Assembly (NCBI GenBank): GCA_013239625.1
Contig: MU053557.1
Span: 379,063-443,062, forward strand
DNA length: 64,000 nucleotides
Direction: 5' to 3'
DNA from: Lama guanicoe
Taxonomy: Eukaryota
Within the stretch, counting starts at the first letter, position 1, and each line of letters opens with the position of its first letter. The notes beneath the pieces are model-generated. The model did not search any database. It saw only the letters and a program-made list of their open reading frames with translations, and was not told the DNA's origin. Made by a program: the position numbers and the translations under genes. Of the stretch, positions 13,020 through 26,449 are shown one piece after another.

Positions 13020-13400
13020 ACGTATTTACTCATTCAACATTCATTCTGTGCTCGCGTGTCAGGCACTGTGCTCCATGCTAGGGATAAAACCATAGACTTG
13101 ACCCAGTTCCCGTCCTCAAGGAACTACAGCCACATGGAGAGAGATGTCTCTGCAGATAATGACGAAGAAAATGTCACAGCAAATGTGTCAGTGGAGAGAC
13201 AGAGAAGAGAATTAAGGAAGCAGAGAGGAAGAGTCTCCAACGATTAAAAAAAATGTTTGAGGGTTTACTATGCGTCAGTGACTGTTCGAAGCCCCTTGAA
13301 GATGTGAACTAACTGAATCCTCACGACAGCCCCATGAGATACACATCACATTACCTCAGTGTTGTAGGTGAGAAAACTAAGCTGCAGAAAGCGTACGGAG
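13020..13400 (-). mobile_element. L2 3' fragment followed by MIR relic
   Basis: tcattcaaca...tgtcaggcactgtgct (L2); aatcctcacgacagccccatgag...gtgagaaaactaag (MIR). Confidence 0.7.
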
Positions 13401-13447
13401 CTGGCCCCCTGTCCTGGGTCTCACTGAGCGTGGAGGGGGATTCAGCA

Positions 13448-13503
13448 GCGCGTGCGTGTGCGTGTGCGCGTGTGTGTGCATGTGTGTGTGTGCGTGTGTG
13501 TGT
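13448..13503. repeat. Mixed (TG)/(CG) microsatellite
   Basis: 56-bp uninterrupted alternating purine-pyrimidine tract, gcgcgtgcgtgtgcg...gtgtgtgt. Confidence 0.95.
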
Positions 13504-14469
13504 ATTTAGAGTTGGCTGCCAAGAAGAGTTTTAAAGAGGGGGATGGGAAAGCACAGAGCTACATGTGAGAAGGTACAGGTGGGGTCACGGTCACCCGGCT
13601 AAGCTGAGATAGAGCACGCAGCCCAGACCTTTGGATGCTACGACACTTCCTGTTGGAGTGCGGTTGTAGGAACTCAAGGCAAAGGCGTGTTAAGGCTCAT
13701 TTGAGCAAGTGAGGCTCCAAGCGGAATCTGACTCAGCCTATAAATTCTTCACGGAAGAAGGAAAGACATTCATCACATGCATAGCTTTTGAAATCATATT
13801 CACCCCACCAGCTAGTACATGTGGCCCCCGTGGTGCTCTGGGGTTAAGAGAGATTTGTAATCCCTCCTCCCTGGAGCCTGGGGCTGGTGGAAATTAAATG
13901 CGGAGTGTGTGGAGAGTGGAAGCCCTCCTTCCTCTACAACGATGACAGCTCAGTGGTCCATCCTATCCAGGGGGGACAAGCGGTTTTCACAAGCCCAAGG
14001 CCTTAATGTTGAGTAAGGAAAAAGGTGCCTGTGATGTTTCACTGATGAGTGAGGGGAGGCGGAGATACGGGGGAGCGGGTGGCTTTTCAGCACAGGCCTG
14101 TGAGCAAACTTGGCTGGAAGCCATCCTTAAATCAGGTGTAAGGCAGCCTCGCAGCCTGGCTGTCTTCATCTAGAAATCATGGAGATAAATGATGTCAAAA
14201 AGGCACGCGCACCAAGACAGCCTTCTCTTCCTTTCCTTTCTCACTGCTGAGTTCCACCCCTCGTTTCCATCACGGTTTTCCTTCATAATTCAAATCTGAG
14301 TGCTCCCCATCTGAAGTCCTCCTCTCCCACCGGCCTGATGCCCTTGTCCTTTCTGTAGGACATCACAAAAGGGCCTGCTGTCTGTTCCTGACCCAAGAGT
14401 CCTTCCCTAGAGATCTAGAACTGCTCTCTTCCCCAGACAAAGGTTTCCACACATACCAGTGACTCAGTG

Positions 14470-14991
14470 ACTACTGTAGAATAAAGCCCCCAGAGATGCT
14501 CACTTCCGAATCCCAGGAATCTGTGACTACGTTACCTTACGTGGCAAAAGGGATTAAGTTAAGGATCTTGTCATGAGGAATATCTTTCTGGATTATCTGG
14601 AGGGGCGGGGCATGAGCTGATGTAATCACAAAGACCCTTAAAAGTGGAAGAGGGAGGCCGCAAAGAGAAGCAAAGAGAGGTGCCATGGCAGAAGAGAAGG
14701 TCAGAGTGATGCACCGTGAGGAGGATGGACGTCACCACTGCTGGCTTCGAGGAGAAGAGGGCCGTGGGCGGAGGAACCCAGGCCATCTCCAAAGCCAGAA
14801 AAGACGTGAAAATAGAAGACCTTCCCTAGAGCCTCCAGAAGGGAATGCAGCCCCTGCCAACACCCAGATTGTAGCCCGCTGAGACCCGTGTTAGATTCCT
14901 GAGCTCAAAAATCGCAAGATGATAAATTTGTGTTGTCTACAGCTACTTCCTCTGCGGTGAATTGTTACGGCAGCAATACAAAACCAATACA
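14470..14991 (+). mobile_element. MaLR solo LTR, MLT1D-like, near full length
   Basis: gttaccttacgtggcaaaaggg, ctagagcctccagaagg, ataaatttgtgttgt, ending aaccaataca. Confidence 0.9.
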
Positions 14992-15679
14992 AGTGACATA
15001 TGCGATTTTCTCCCTTTCGAGGGTAGTTCAAATAAATCTTCTGGAGTACTTATCTCCCTTTGCAGCTTCTGAGCCTCCGCTAATTTCCTCGTTTATGCTG
15101 GCCTGTGCTATCCCAAGAGTGTTACGACTCTTGCTTTCAAGTTGTCTTCCTGTGCTTGGGGAGACCACTTCCTCTTACAGCTGGAATAATGCCCACCGGC
15201 CGACACCATGATTTGATTTTGCACCAGTACACATCTTACATCTGTTCAAAGGCAGCCACAGACTGGGAGAAGATCTGGCCTCTGTCATTTTGCTAGAGCA
15301 CTGCTCATAGTTAATTCAGTTCTTTTGACTCTCTCACTCACTCTCCGCTGCTTTTGGAAACTCTGATTTTCACATTTTACTTTTCACAATTGATCTTCCC
15401 TTAAAAATAGGCATTTGGTCTGCCCGGTTTGGGGAACACAAATAGGCTGTCAAAACTTGCAGAATTAGGGGTATGAAGAAACTCTAAGAAGCCATAACTA
15501 CTCAATGGCTTAGTACGAATCTGGAAGTGTATCCTGGGGTCCTCGGTTAGCGGGATGGGTCTAGATCATTGCTGCTCCAAGATGAAACAAGGCTGTAGAT
15601 TTCCAGTTTCAATTCAAGGTTTAGCAAATAAAGTCACCCAGTAATAGTTTCTATGCTCCTACAAAGGTTTCTCCTGCTT

Positions 15680-15918
15680 CAGTGTTTCCCAAAGCATGGG
15701 ATGGATATGTTTCCCCGCTGTTGTTACATGAGATGGTTTCAAGTGGTTCGTGGACAGAGCATTAACATTGAATCACAGAAGTGGAAAGTTCCTTCCTTTT
15801 GAATTCTCGCTCAATCTTTCTTTGTGCTTTAAGGTGAAAGCTTCTGGTGCTGGTGTGCTTTTAACACCTTTCTAAACTGAGCTCATCTGCCTTTTGTTGT
15901 AAGAGTTGGGTAACAGAG
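15680..15918. mobile_element. hAT-Charlie transposon end, Charlie4-like
   Basis: Begins cagtgtttcccaaag; internal aacattgaatcaca and tttaacacctttctaa; truncated by the adjacent L1. Confidence 0.6.
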
Positions 15919-15919
15919 T

Positions 15920-17600
15920 ATTTTTAACAGCTTTATTGAGATATAATTGACAAAGAACAAATTATATATTTCAATGGGTATCATTTGAAATGGTTCTATA
16001 TACGTATATACCCGTGAGACCATTACCAAAGTCAAGATAATGAATATTTCCATCACCTCCAAAAGGTTCCTTGTGACCAGTTATGATCCCTTCCCTTCAT
16101 ATCTCCTTGTCTACACCACACCCCTGGGTAAGCACTGACCTTCTTTCTGACACTAGAGATTACTTTGCATTTTTTGAGAGGTTTGTATAAATGGAATAAC
16201 TCAGTGTGTACTCTTTTCTTTGTTCTGATTGCTTTCACTTAATATTTATTTTGAGATTCAGCCACATTGTTGTGTATGTCAATAGTCCATTCCTTTTCGT
16301 AGCTGTGAAATATTCCTTTATATGAATATATCACAATTTGTTTATCTATTCACCTGTTGATGGACAGTTGAGTTGTTTCCAGTTCGGAGCTATTACAAAT
16401 AAAGCTACTATGAACACTCACGTTCAAGTTTTTGTAAAGACAGATGCTTTCTTTCTCCTGGGTAAATACCATGGAGTGGTATGGCTAGTCACACAGTAGG
16501 TGTGTATTTAATGTTATTGTCAACGCGTTTTTCAAAGTGGTTATACCATTTTACATTCATACCAGACAGTAAGAGAGTGCCTGTTTTCTCATACCCTCAT
16601 CAACACTTATTATGGTCAGTCTTAGTTTTAGCCATTCTAGCAGATATGTAGTCATATCACATTGCATTTTTAAATTGAATTTCCATAATGACTAATGATG
16701 TTTAGCATATCGTGATATGCTTTTTTGCCATCTGTTTATCTTCTTTGGTGTGGTACCTGTTCAAACATTTTATTGATTTTAAAAACTTTGGTCGGTTGTC
16801 TTATTATTGAATTTTCAGAGTTCTTTATTTATTCTGGATATGAGTATTTTATTAGATAAATAATTTGCAAGTATTTTCTCCCAGTCTGTGGCTTGTCTTC
16901 TCATTACCTTATGGTGCTTTTTAAGAGTAGAAGTTTTAAATTTTGACAACGTCCAAATTTATCAGCTGCTTTTCTTTTACGTATTGTAATATTTGCATCT
17001 TATCTAAGAAATCTTCGCCTAATCCAAAATCACAAAGATTTTCTCCTGGGGTTTTTTCCTAGAAAAACGAAAGTTTCACAACTTCAGGTTTTATATTTAG
17101 GTCTATGATCCATTCTGAGTTAATTTTTATACATGGTGCAAGATATGATTTGAAGTGGCTTTTGTAATTTTTTTGTCTTGGTTTGGTTTGGGTTTTTTTT
17201 TTTTTTTGCATATGATGCCCAATTGACCCAGTACCATTGTTGAAAAGATTACACTTTCTGTACCGAATCACCTTTACACTTGTATTGAAAATCCATTGTC
17301 CATACATATGTGGGTCTATTTCCGGACTCTATTCTATTCCAATGATCTATATATGTCTGTCTTTATGCCACTACCACAGTCTTGATTATCGTAGCCTTTT
17401 GCTGGCTTTTCTACAGACTGTTTTTTTCATTCCTATGTAAATTTCAGAATCAGCCTGCCAATTTCAGTGGAAAGGCCTGCTGTCATCTTGTTTGGATTGC
17501 ATTGACTCTATAGATCTATTTGAGGAGAACTGACTTCTTAACAATGTTAGGTCTTCCAACCCACGAGAACCGTATCTTCCTCAGTTGCTTTAGGCCATCA
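15920..17600 (-). mobile_element. LINE-1 (L1MB/L1MC-type) 3' UTR and ORF2 C-terminal region
   Basis: Starts ttaacagctttattgagatataattgaca; contains cacctgttgatggaca, ttttctcccagtctgtggcttgtc and gtaccattgttgaaaaga; frame disrupted. Confidence 0.9.
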
Positions 17601-17619
17601 TTCCAGTTCCAGTGCTTTT

Positions 17620-18430
17620 CGTTCCTTTGTGTAGATCCACAGTTCACTTAGAATTTCTTCTCTTCTTGATGAACTTCCAGTACTATTTCTTGTAGGGCAG
17701 ATCTGCTGGTGATCAAGTCTTCCGAATTCTATAGGTTTTTGAAAAATACCTTTTTCAATTTTAGCCTTTATTTTTGAAAATTGTTTCCCCTTGTTATAGA
17801 TTTCTACATTAACAGTATTTTAAGCACTTTGGAGTTGGCTCTCCGCCGTCTTCTTGCTTGCAAAGCATCCACTGAGAAATCTGTTGACATTTTTATTTTG
17901 GCTCCTCTGTGTATACAATGTCTTTTTTTCCCCCTTTGGATGATCAGGATTTCCCTTTTCATCATTTGTTTAAGCAATTTGATTGTGATGTTCTCTAGAA
18001 TAGTTTTCACTGAGTTTCTTACATCTTTGAATTTATAGTTTTTATCAGATTTGGAAATTTGGGGGCCATTATTTCTTTAAATTTTTTCTGTTCTCTTCTG
18101 TTCCTCGTTTCCTTTATGCACTCCAAACACACTCATCAGGCTGCTTGTAGCTATTCCACAGCTCAGAGATGCTCTTTTCATTAAAAAAAAATAATAATTT
18201 CTTTACTGTTTTACTTTGTATTGTTTCTATGCTAGGTCCTTAAGGTCATGAATCTTTTCTTATTCAATGTCTAATCTGTCAGTGTCTAATCTGTCATTAT
18301 ATTTTTCATCTTAAACATTGTGTTTTTCATTTCTAACAGCTCGATTCTGGTCTCTAAAATATTGTAGTATGATCTTTTAAAATATCTTCTTTATCTCCAC
18401 TTACCTATCTCCTCTTTGTAATTTTTTCTC
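17620..18430 (-). mobile_element. Old LINE-1 fragment containing an ORF1 remnant
   Basis: ORF 17804-18010(-) contains KIKMSTDFSVDALQARRRRRANSKVLK, which resembles the L1 ORF1p motif (T/A)DFSxETxQARRxWxxIFKVLKE. Confidence 0.75.
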
Positions 18431-19019
18431 ATGTTGGAAGGACGGCCATCACTGCAGCACCCAGCCACATAGTACGTGCCTATAACTGTGTCATTTCTAT
18501 GCTTATCTGTTACACTACTCAAAAGGGTCAGTCCAATCACTATCAAATTTGACTGGAAAATAAAAAAAAAACAAACAAAACTTCTCAAGTCACTTTCCAT
18601 CTGAGAGAAACATCTAATAGAGTGGAAGTTTCTTCCAACATGGAAGGTGGAGACTCCTCCCAGGGTCCTGAAGTCCTTCCACACCAGAACTCCCTGTGCT
18701 TAACTCTGCAGAACACCAGTCATTTCTGAGAAGACCCCAGGAAGCATGGAGGACCTAGCAGGGCCTCCTTAGAGTTGGGGGGAAGTAGAGGGAAGAGATA
18801 AAGACACGCATACCTGACTGAATTCAGCAGGGTGGGAACTTCATGATCATAGTCACCTCAATTTTTCACTGAAGCACGCAAGTCCTCATATGATTTGGTA
18901 GCAGACTTTTCTGAACTCACCACTCCCATCTTCTGTCACCCCTACCCCTCCACCAGCTTTATACCCTTGCGAACCACCTGGGGGCCACTTCAGCGTCCTC
19001 TCTGCCACTCAAGCAGGAC

Positions 19020-19305
19020 AGCACCCCCTGCTCTGTCCCTTGCCTGACATGCACTTCCCCAGGTTGTCACATAGCCAGTTTCTCTCCATCCTTCAGTATA
19101 GGATTAAATACTGCCTATTCAGAGAAGCCTTCTGTCAGCATTCAAGGATATATTCCATTTTACTAACTTCTCTGTCTCTCTGTCTCAAATGCAAGCCCTC
19201 TGAGAGCAGGGGTGTCACCTACACTATACTTGCCTGGATCCCCAGTGCTAGTATCATATTTACCATATGGAGGTGCTCAATAATTATTCTTAAATAAATG
19301 AATTC
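19020..19305 (+). mobile_element. L2 3' fragment
   Basis: aagccctctgagagcaggg...ccccagtgctag...ggtgctcaataattattcttaaataaatgaat. Confidence 0.7.
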
Positions 19306-20179
19306 ATATCAGACACCATGCTGGGTAATGGTCAATCAATTTACAGGTTAAATAATTCAAGGCAAAAAATGAGGGAGCTATCTGGTTTGCCCCGTGACAC
19401 ACAAAAAGAAGCAGCTGATTGCTTTTCACTTTCCAGTTTGACAACAGGTCTCACCAAATAAAATCGGGACTATACACTCTAATTTAAATGCGTGACGTAC
19501 ATCACCATTTGTTGGCACAAATGCTGTCACAGGTGTGGCAAATAAACCAGCTGTGACCCTTAGAGACTGGCTCCTCTAATTGATGGGAACAAAAATTGCT
19601 GTTCTGGTTCGATCTGGACTGAGTGCGTGGAGAAGACCTAAATTTGCTTGTAGCCTTGATATAAACTCATCTGTTTGCCATTTACTGGGTACAATTGAAA
19701 GTACCACTCTCACAGCCAGCCTGCCCTGTAATGATTTATCATTTTGCTGTTCCCGAACTACGTCCCCAAGATAATATGCCAAAACCAACTTCTGTAGAAG
19801 TCAATAATTATGCAGCGTTATCAACCGAGAAGGTCAGCATGTATTATAGAGTAGACAGTTCTGGCTGCTTGGAAATCTCAAACATTGATCGCAGCTTGAA
19901 CATCCATTATTGCCTAAAACAAAACAAAAAACTCCAGCAGCCCTCTCTCCTGAGATTTATTCCTTCAGGATACGTCAGAAAGGTGATTGCATCAGATTGT
20001 TCAGAATTTCACACAGGCTTGTGGCATTAAGCACTTGCCTAGTTGTACTGGGATATTTCATCTGAATGCATAAAGGAACACAAAGTCTATGTGGCAAGAC
20101 AGGGAAGGTGGAGAAAATTAAGATGCTTTCCTTCGTGGGCTGAGAAGTGATGCTAAGGGCGAAACAGAGAGGGCTGAGG

Positions 20180-20345
20180 AGACAAAGAACCTGAGTCTGA
20201 ATCCAGGGCCAATTACCACTTCCTGGCTGTGGGACCCCAGATGGGTTCACTGACCCCTCCCAGCCTCAGTTTTCTGTCTGTAAAATAAGAAAAATAACAT
20301 TTACCTTGCAGGCTGTTGTGACAATTAAATAGTATAATGAATGTG
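20180..20345 (+). mobile_element. MIR SINE
   Basis: gcctcagttttctgtctgtaaaataagaaaaataaca...ggctgttgtgacaattaaat. Confidence 0.8.
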
Positions 20346-20509
20346 TAGTCCCTTTAAACTAAAATTCGCTGTGGAAATACAAGTTATAAATTACACTGAA
20401 AGATCTGCCTTTTAAATTTTTTTTAATATGGATTTTTGGAAAATGGTAGAAACTTCCGGACGTTAAAGGCCTTTGTGCTCTTTGAAATGCTCTGAATGTT
20501 GGGAAGACA

Positions 20510-20690
20510 ATACTGTGGCAGGAAAAGTTCAGGCATCCAAAAGGCTCGAATTTGAATCCTGCCTCTCCCTCTTCCTAGCAAGGTGATGCTCATCAGTAAA
20601 AGGAACCCTAAGAGCAGTTCCTATAAGGGCTATTGCAAAATTAGATGACATAAATGAGTTAGGCTACACAGCTGCTGGCATTATGTGTTC
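20510..20690 (+). mobile_element. MIR SINE, internally deleted
   Basis: tttgaatcctgcctct...cttcctagc...ctcatcagtaaaagg. Confidence 0.6.
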
Positions 20691-22052
20691 TTAGCCAGAG
20701 AAAACTAGTTTCATGGACAATGCTAGTCTTTCATGCATAGAGTCACAAAGCATCTGAAATCATCTGGATTCTAAGGAGGAAACTGTACGCTCACAAGTAT
20801 GGATATCCCCATAGGATCTAGGAGAACGTCTCTTAAAATGTAAGGTCTATGTGTATTACAGAAGTCTCGCTGTCCACAGCCATCAGGTTTAAACTAATTC
20901 TGTCCACCAGCCACAGTCACCCAACCTGCATTACGGCTAAGCAAAAACTCATTTTTTGCCTTCTTCAGAAGCAGAGCCTTCTGTGCCATCTGTCATCTGT
21001 GAGGTCTTTGCAGCCCACAAATATTGAACACAAGAGTGAGAACACAGCTTTTCAGCAAGGATAACACAATCACCCATTTTCTAAGCTCACAACTGCTCAA
21101 ACGATTCAGCCCCTCTTTTCCTCAGCACATCAGGCAACTATTAAATTTTCACCATGGAATCAGCCTCACGTCTCTTCCCCCGAGGACCGGTATGGGAGAT
21201 TTCCTCGCCTCCCTGTGAATGGCTCTGGGTTCATTATTAAATTTTCTGCTGGTGAATGAGGAAATCGAGGAGACATGAGGTGATTTCAAAAGTATCTGTT
21301 TCCCATCCTTTTGGGCAGGGCCTTAGGGGAGAAAGAAGAGCTAGATTGTTCTAGGATTTTGTTTTGTTAAGAGACAATTAGTTGGTCTCTACAGAACTAT
21401 ACATACTTGCAAAAAAAAATCGACTTCTCGTAATTCAAGTGATGCAAGTAATTAGGAGGTCAGTTTTGTCAACAGTGAAAATACCAGCTGAGACCCTCAG
21501 GACCTAGGGGTCACAACAGAGTTCGTGAAACGAGGGAACAGGAAGTTAGGTACCAAGTAGATGAAGCAACGTATCTGTGTAAGACATGAGCACTCCGTGT
21601 GCCCCCTCGCAGGAGCAGAAGCAGATTTTCTGCAGGGCTGTGATTCACTTCCAGTCCCTCTTGCCCCTTGTAGCACACGGCGCAGGCTGTGTTGCTCCCT
21701 CAGACATTTGCAGAGTGGGTTCAGCACAGCCGGTTCCCCGCTGTGAAGCTCCGGGCACCTAGCAGAACATGGCATGTTCAAAGTTCACTTAAGCCTCCCA
21801 ACGTCCCTACAAGGAGACATTCTCATTACCCGGTTTTACAGACTATAAATGGCATTCGGGATGCACAGCAGCATGCTCCCTGTTGACAGCCAGGGAGGGG
21901 TGGGGTTGTGCTCTTTAGTGTTACCATGTGAAGCCTCGCCAGAACCACCTTCTTCCTGCAGCCCTACTCACCCCACGAGGTGCAGCCTGAGTGCTACCTT
22001 CTGCAGGAAGTAAATGTTTGTTAAACAAATCTCGGATGACTCTCCCTCTTTT

Positions 22053-22116
22053 ATTTATTTTTTATTTTTATTTTTTTAAGTTTTTTTTTTCCCCCCGGGG
22101 TGGGGAGGAATTCGGT

Positions 22117-22175
<59 letters not shown>

Positions 22176-22257
22176 TTTTAAATGCAGTTACTGGGGATTG
22201 AACCCAGGACCTTGTGTGTGCTAAGCACGCACTCTACCACTGAGCTAGACCCTCCCC
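22053..22257 (-). mobile_element. Vic-1-like SINE with expanded internal (TTTA)n
   Basis: tRNA-like head ctggggattgaacccaggacc...ctctaccactgagctagaccctcccc. TSD ctctccctctttt (22040-22052) / ctctccttctttt (22258-22270). Confidence 0.92.
22116..22178. repeat. (TTTA)n tetranucleotide microsatellite, about 15 units
   Basis: Perfect tttatttattta run inside the SINE. Confidence 0.95.
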
Positions 22258-22399
22258 CTCTCCTTCTTTTAAATAACTGGTAAGATGTTGCCACCCCACA
22301 TTCATGTCTATTTCCACAGCACCTGCTTTGTATTTAGATCTCCAATAATCTTTTTGGTGCTTTACCTCCAGCAGTTTCATACTTTACTACATAAATTCA

Positions 22400-23250
22400 C
22401 CCTTCCTTCCATCCATGCATCCATCCTTTCATTCCTCCAACCTCCCTTGATAAATGCACACTGACCATCCAAAGTGTCTAGGCACTGAGTTAGTTACTTG
22501 GAATAGGTGGTAAACCAAATAGCCAAGGTTTCTGCCCTCATCAAGCTTACAGAAGAGAGGAGACAGAAATGAATCATATGATCACATACATACACAAGGA
22601 CAAATTAAGGCAAGTCCTATAAAGAAGTGCAGGATGCTGTGAACAACGGGGGCTCTGATGTTGTCTGGAGGAGCTGGAGAAGGCCTCCCTGGGGCAGCTG
22701 TGAGCTGAGGGCAGGGGGTGGATAATGGCCAATAAACAAACCACGTACGGAGTGTTTGCTGTGGGCTGGGCTTTGTTCTAAGTCTTTTCATGTGGTAACC
22801 CGTTGACTCCTCAACACGACCCTACCTTACCTAGTGCTTCCCAGACCCAGTGTTCTTAACCACTACCCCACTGCTTTCTGGGTTGGAAAAGAAGAGGGGA
22901 AGTATTCCAGAGAGCAGGAGGAACAGCTGCCCAGGAACTGGAGGCTGATGCACCGAAAGCAGACGAGAGAGCCGTGCGATGAGACCCTAGAGGCAGGGAG
23001 GGCCACTGTGGAGGTTGTTGGCCTTACTTCGGAGTTTTGAGAAATCACTGTATATATACTTTCTCTTTCTCAAGCTAGGAAAGTGACATGACTAGAGGAT
23101 TAGAGTGAAGGTTCAAAGATGACTTTGGCTGCTGTGTGGACTTGGAAGGCAGGAAAGCAGGGTGGTTTGAGGACCTCACTTGGGAGACTAAGGCTGTCTT
23201 GGATGAGACTTGAACAAGAGTGTGTCCTGGAGACAAAAACCAATGGATGG
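22400..23250 (-). mobile_element. L2 fragment interrupted by a MIR relic (about 22725-22870)
   Basis: (CATC/CTTC)-type L2 tail, ctgccctcatcaagcttaca, gaaggcctccctggg, later ctttggctgctgtgtgga. Confidence 0.65.
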
Positions 23251-26200
23251 ATTCAAGTATATATGGGTAGCTCTGCATTCAGGTCCAGATGTGCAAAATT
23301 CCCACAGATTCATATGGTAAAATACAGTCTTTAAATGTATATTCACTTTCCGTTGCTTTGGCCTATGTCCCCAAGATCCTAAGAGATGTGGATTTCACTC
23401 TTTAGCTATCCGTCCTCCTGGGGGGGGGGTAGTTCGAGAGGCGCTGTGTCTTACAACCATTTTTCCTGGGGGCTTCAGGGTTTAGGACACATACAATTAA
23501 CCTGCAGGCAAACTGGAGGATGTTACTTGATATCGACAACAGAAATTGAGAAAACCTAAATTCAGCAAACCCGTGACCTTTGTTGGTTCAGTGCTTTGGT
23601 TTGTAGATTAAAAGCAAACTGTCTTTAATCCCATAAGCTCTGAGTGAAGGCTCAAAGGGCAATTTCCAGAGATTTTCATAACCAGACAGTGAAAGTCCAA
23701 TTGTGGTCTCTTGCCCTTATACATACGAGAACCACATAGACTTAATACTTATTGAGCTACTCCTGAGATTTTTTAAGCTAAACGGAAAAGTGCTAAGGGC
23801 CAAATACTCTTGTTTGCAAGGTTTACAGAATTTCAGCAGGGACTGGATTTTTTTTAAAAAATCAGATAGAGGAGAGACGTCTCCATGGCTTGTACTCATG
23901 ACTACAGTGTGGGTACGCAGTCATGTATACGGGGTGAAGTAGACAGTGGAGGTGTTCACCCACCTAATTATTGCCCTCCAAACTGTCGACTCAGGTCCTT
24001 GAGGCAACACCTGTCTTTGATTTCTGGAAATGTGCCTTGTTTTGTTTACTTTCAGGGAGGCCATGTCTGAATTTGAGTTACTGAGCAAAGGTATCCGAAA
24101 ATCTGTTCCGAGTGACTGAATTGTTTGAGGGCTGACAGAGTAGGATTAATAGAACAGGGAAGCTGGAAATGGTGCTTGTGGATTTCAACCATGGCAAAAT
24201 CAAGGCTGGGGAATTTACATAAGATCAAGAGCTTCGTATTGAGTTCGATCCCTAAAGCCACGCCAGATGTGACCAGAGTTCCTAGGAGTGTTGTACAGCT
24301 GTGTCCTCCCATGAGGGCTCAGCCTCCGTTAGGTCCCCAGGAGTAAGCAAACTCCCGCACGAAGCAATGTGTTGATGGGTGTGAGTACCTCTGGGAACAT
24401 GTCCTGTTGGATCAACATATAACCCTATCAGAAGAATAGGACAAAGGTTGCGAGCTCCGTTGTAGGGCCAGAGGATTAAAATGAAAAGTCAGTGAGCTTT
24501 CAAAAGGGGTGGAAGTAATGGAAGGTGGTGAGACTTACTTGCAATCATTTGGCTTGGACCTCAGTTCTCAGGTGTGTATTTCAAGTGGGTTTGCTTACAA
24601 AGACACATTTTCCTCTTTCCTTTCTCCCTTCCTCCCTCCCTCCCATCTGTATTTATGAAATGCCTCTGTGAACAATACTATGGTAGTCACTGCTGAGAGA
24701 ACCAAGGCAGTAAGCCAGATAACCCAAGCCAAAATCAAAACAAAACTGTTCCTAGAAACAAGAAGAGTATGATTTCTGAGCCAGGTTTTCATGATGCCAA
24801 GCCAAAATTCAGATAATTAGACTAATTGTGGCTTGTTTCGTCTGTTTGACTTAATTAGCTGACTAATGTCCTTATTGCTAATTGTATCTGGAGTGGTGGA
24901 ACCCCAAACCATAAGATATTCATGTCCTGGGTGACTTGGGGCAAGTTGCTTAACCTCTCTGATTCTCAGTTATAAGATTTTTTCTCAATTATACATATTT
25001 TATATATATTATAAAAGTTTCCTCAAGTAAAATAAATTATAAAAGCGCTATGAAATAAGACCTGGAACTACTTGGCACATATTTCCCTCAGTAAGACATT
25101 GTTACTGTTTTCATTAAGGTGAGACTTGAAGTGGAACTTACAAGGATGTGTAGATCTACACGGAGAGGCTTGCAAGGAACCAACATTTGTTAAATGTCTA
25201 CTATATGTCAGTTTATTCACCGAAAAGTTATGCCCTCTCACTCTCCATGTTGCCCATGACGCCAATGTACTTTCCCTTGGTCCCACTGAGCTGGCAGGTC
25301 CCTGTAATCAGAGAAGTGGGGTTGCTTTTAGCACCCCACTAATAACATATATTTCCTAGTTACTCATAGTCCTTAGGTAAAGCATTAAATCTCCCTGACC
25401 TACAGAGTGAGGAAGTGATTCCTTTTTAAATCCATTTCCAAAGCTGATCTCATCAAGCAGAAAGTCGTGGTTTGGAGCTGTTAAATCTTTAACACCTCTT
25501 TTACACTTCATAACTTCTACCCTTAACTAAAAAGGGCAGGTCGCAAGCTCAGAACCTTAGTCATACGACTGTCTAGCTGGAGTTTAATTTTTAAAATTTC
25601 TTTGTACAGTGATTTTATATAATTAAAATAATAACATAAACTTTTCTTTGAAATGCTTTTGACTAAAAAGGGGACGTGATTTAAAAGAATACTAACTAAA
25701 TATGAAGCCACTATGATAAAAACATAGGAGGCTAACATGAGTTGGCATGTTGACACGGTGAACAGTCTGGCTGCGAGATTAAAATGGCTGAAGTCTGAGG
25801 ACTGCTGCTTTAGCTAAAAGGGAACCCTGACTGTTCTCTTTGGCCTTATGATCTCTCAGCCTTATTTCAAGCCATCTAAGGCTCTCTGCCCCAGGAGAAC
25901 AAAGAGGTGATGGCATGGCCATCTGGATCCCCCTGTGCGCATGGGAACCGCAGTGTTCTTGCATCGAGCAGTAAGAGCCCACGTACAGAGACCACACGAA
26001 GTCAGCCAGAAAGACATCTCTAGGCCGGCGGCGCAGCAACCAGAGGACAGAAGTGGCCTAACCCCGAAAGAGCAGTCCTCTGCTGGGCCCCTTCCACCCA
26101 CGTTCCAGAGGACTGTCACATCCAGGTCTAGGGTGAAGGTGACGGGGACGTTGAGGTGGAATGCCCGAAGAAAACAAAGCAAGAACAGCAGTCAGGTAAG

Positions 26201-26449
26201 AAGACGCCTTCCCGTGGTACCAGTGTGCTTCCTATAATCTTACCGCTCGCCTCTGTGGTCAGCCTAACACGCTCCCACTTCTCCTGGAAGGCGGCATGAG
26301 CCCGTGGCTTTGTAGTCAGGGGGCCTTAGTGAATATACTTCCAGAGGAAGAAAGCTAAATAGAAAATTCCTACCAAATGAGAAGGACTCACAAGGCCTTT
26401 ACCTTCACAAACTTAACTTAATATAGATAACCAGCTTAACACTCGGGTC

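Noticed and set aside
21991..22224. Hydrophobic ORF with IYLF repeats
   Set aside because: It is the translation of the (TTTA)n microsatellite inside a SINE.
24095..24200. Possible PDZ-like or CR1 reverse-transcriptase-like peptide (RTGKLEMVLVDFN)
   Set aside because: Only a few matching residues, surrounded by stops; consistent with chance.
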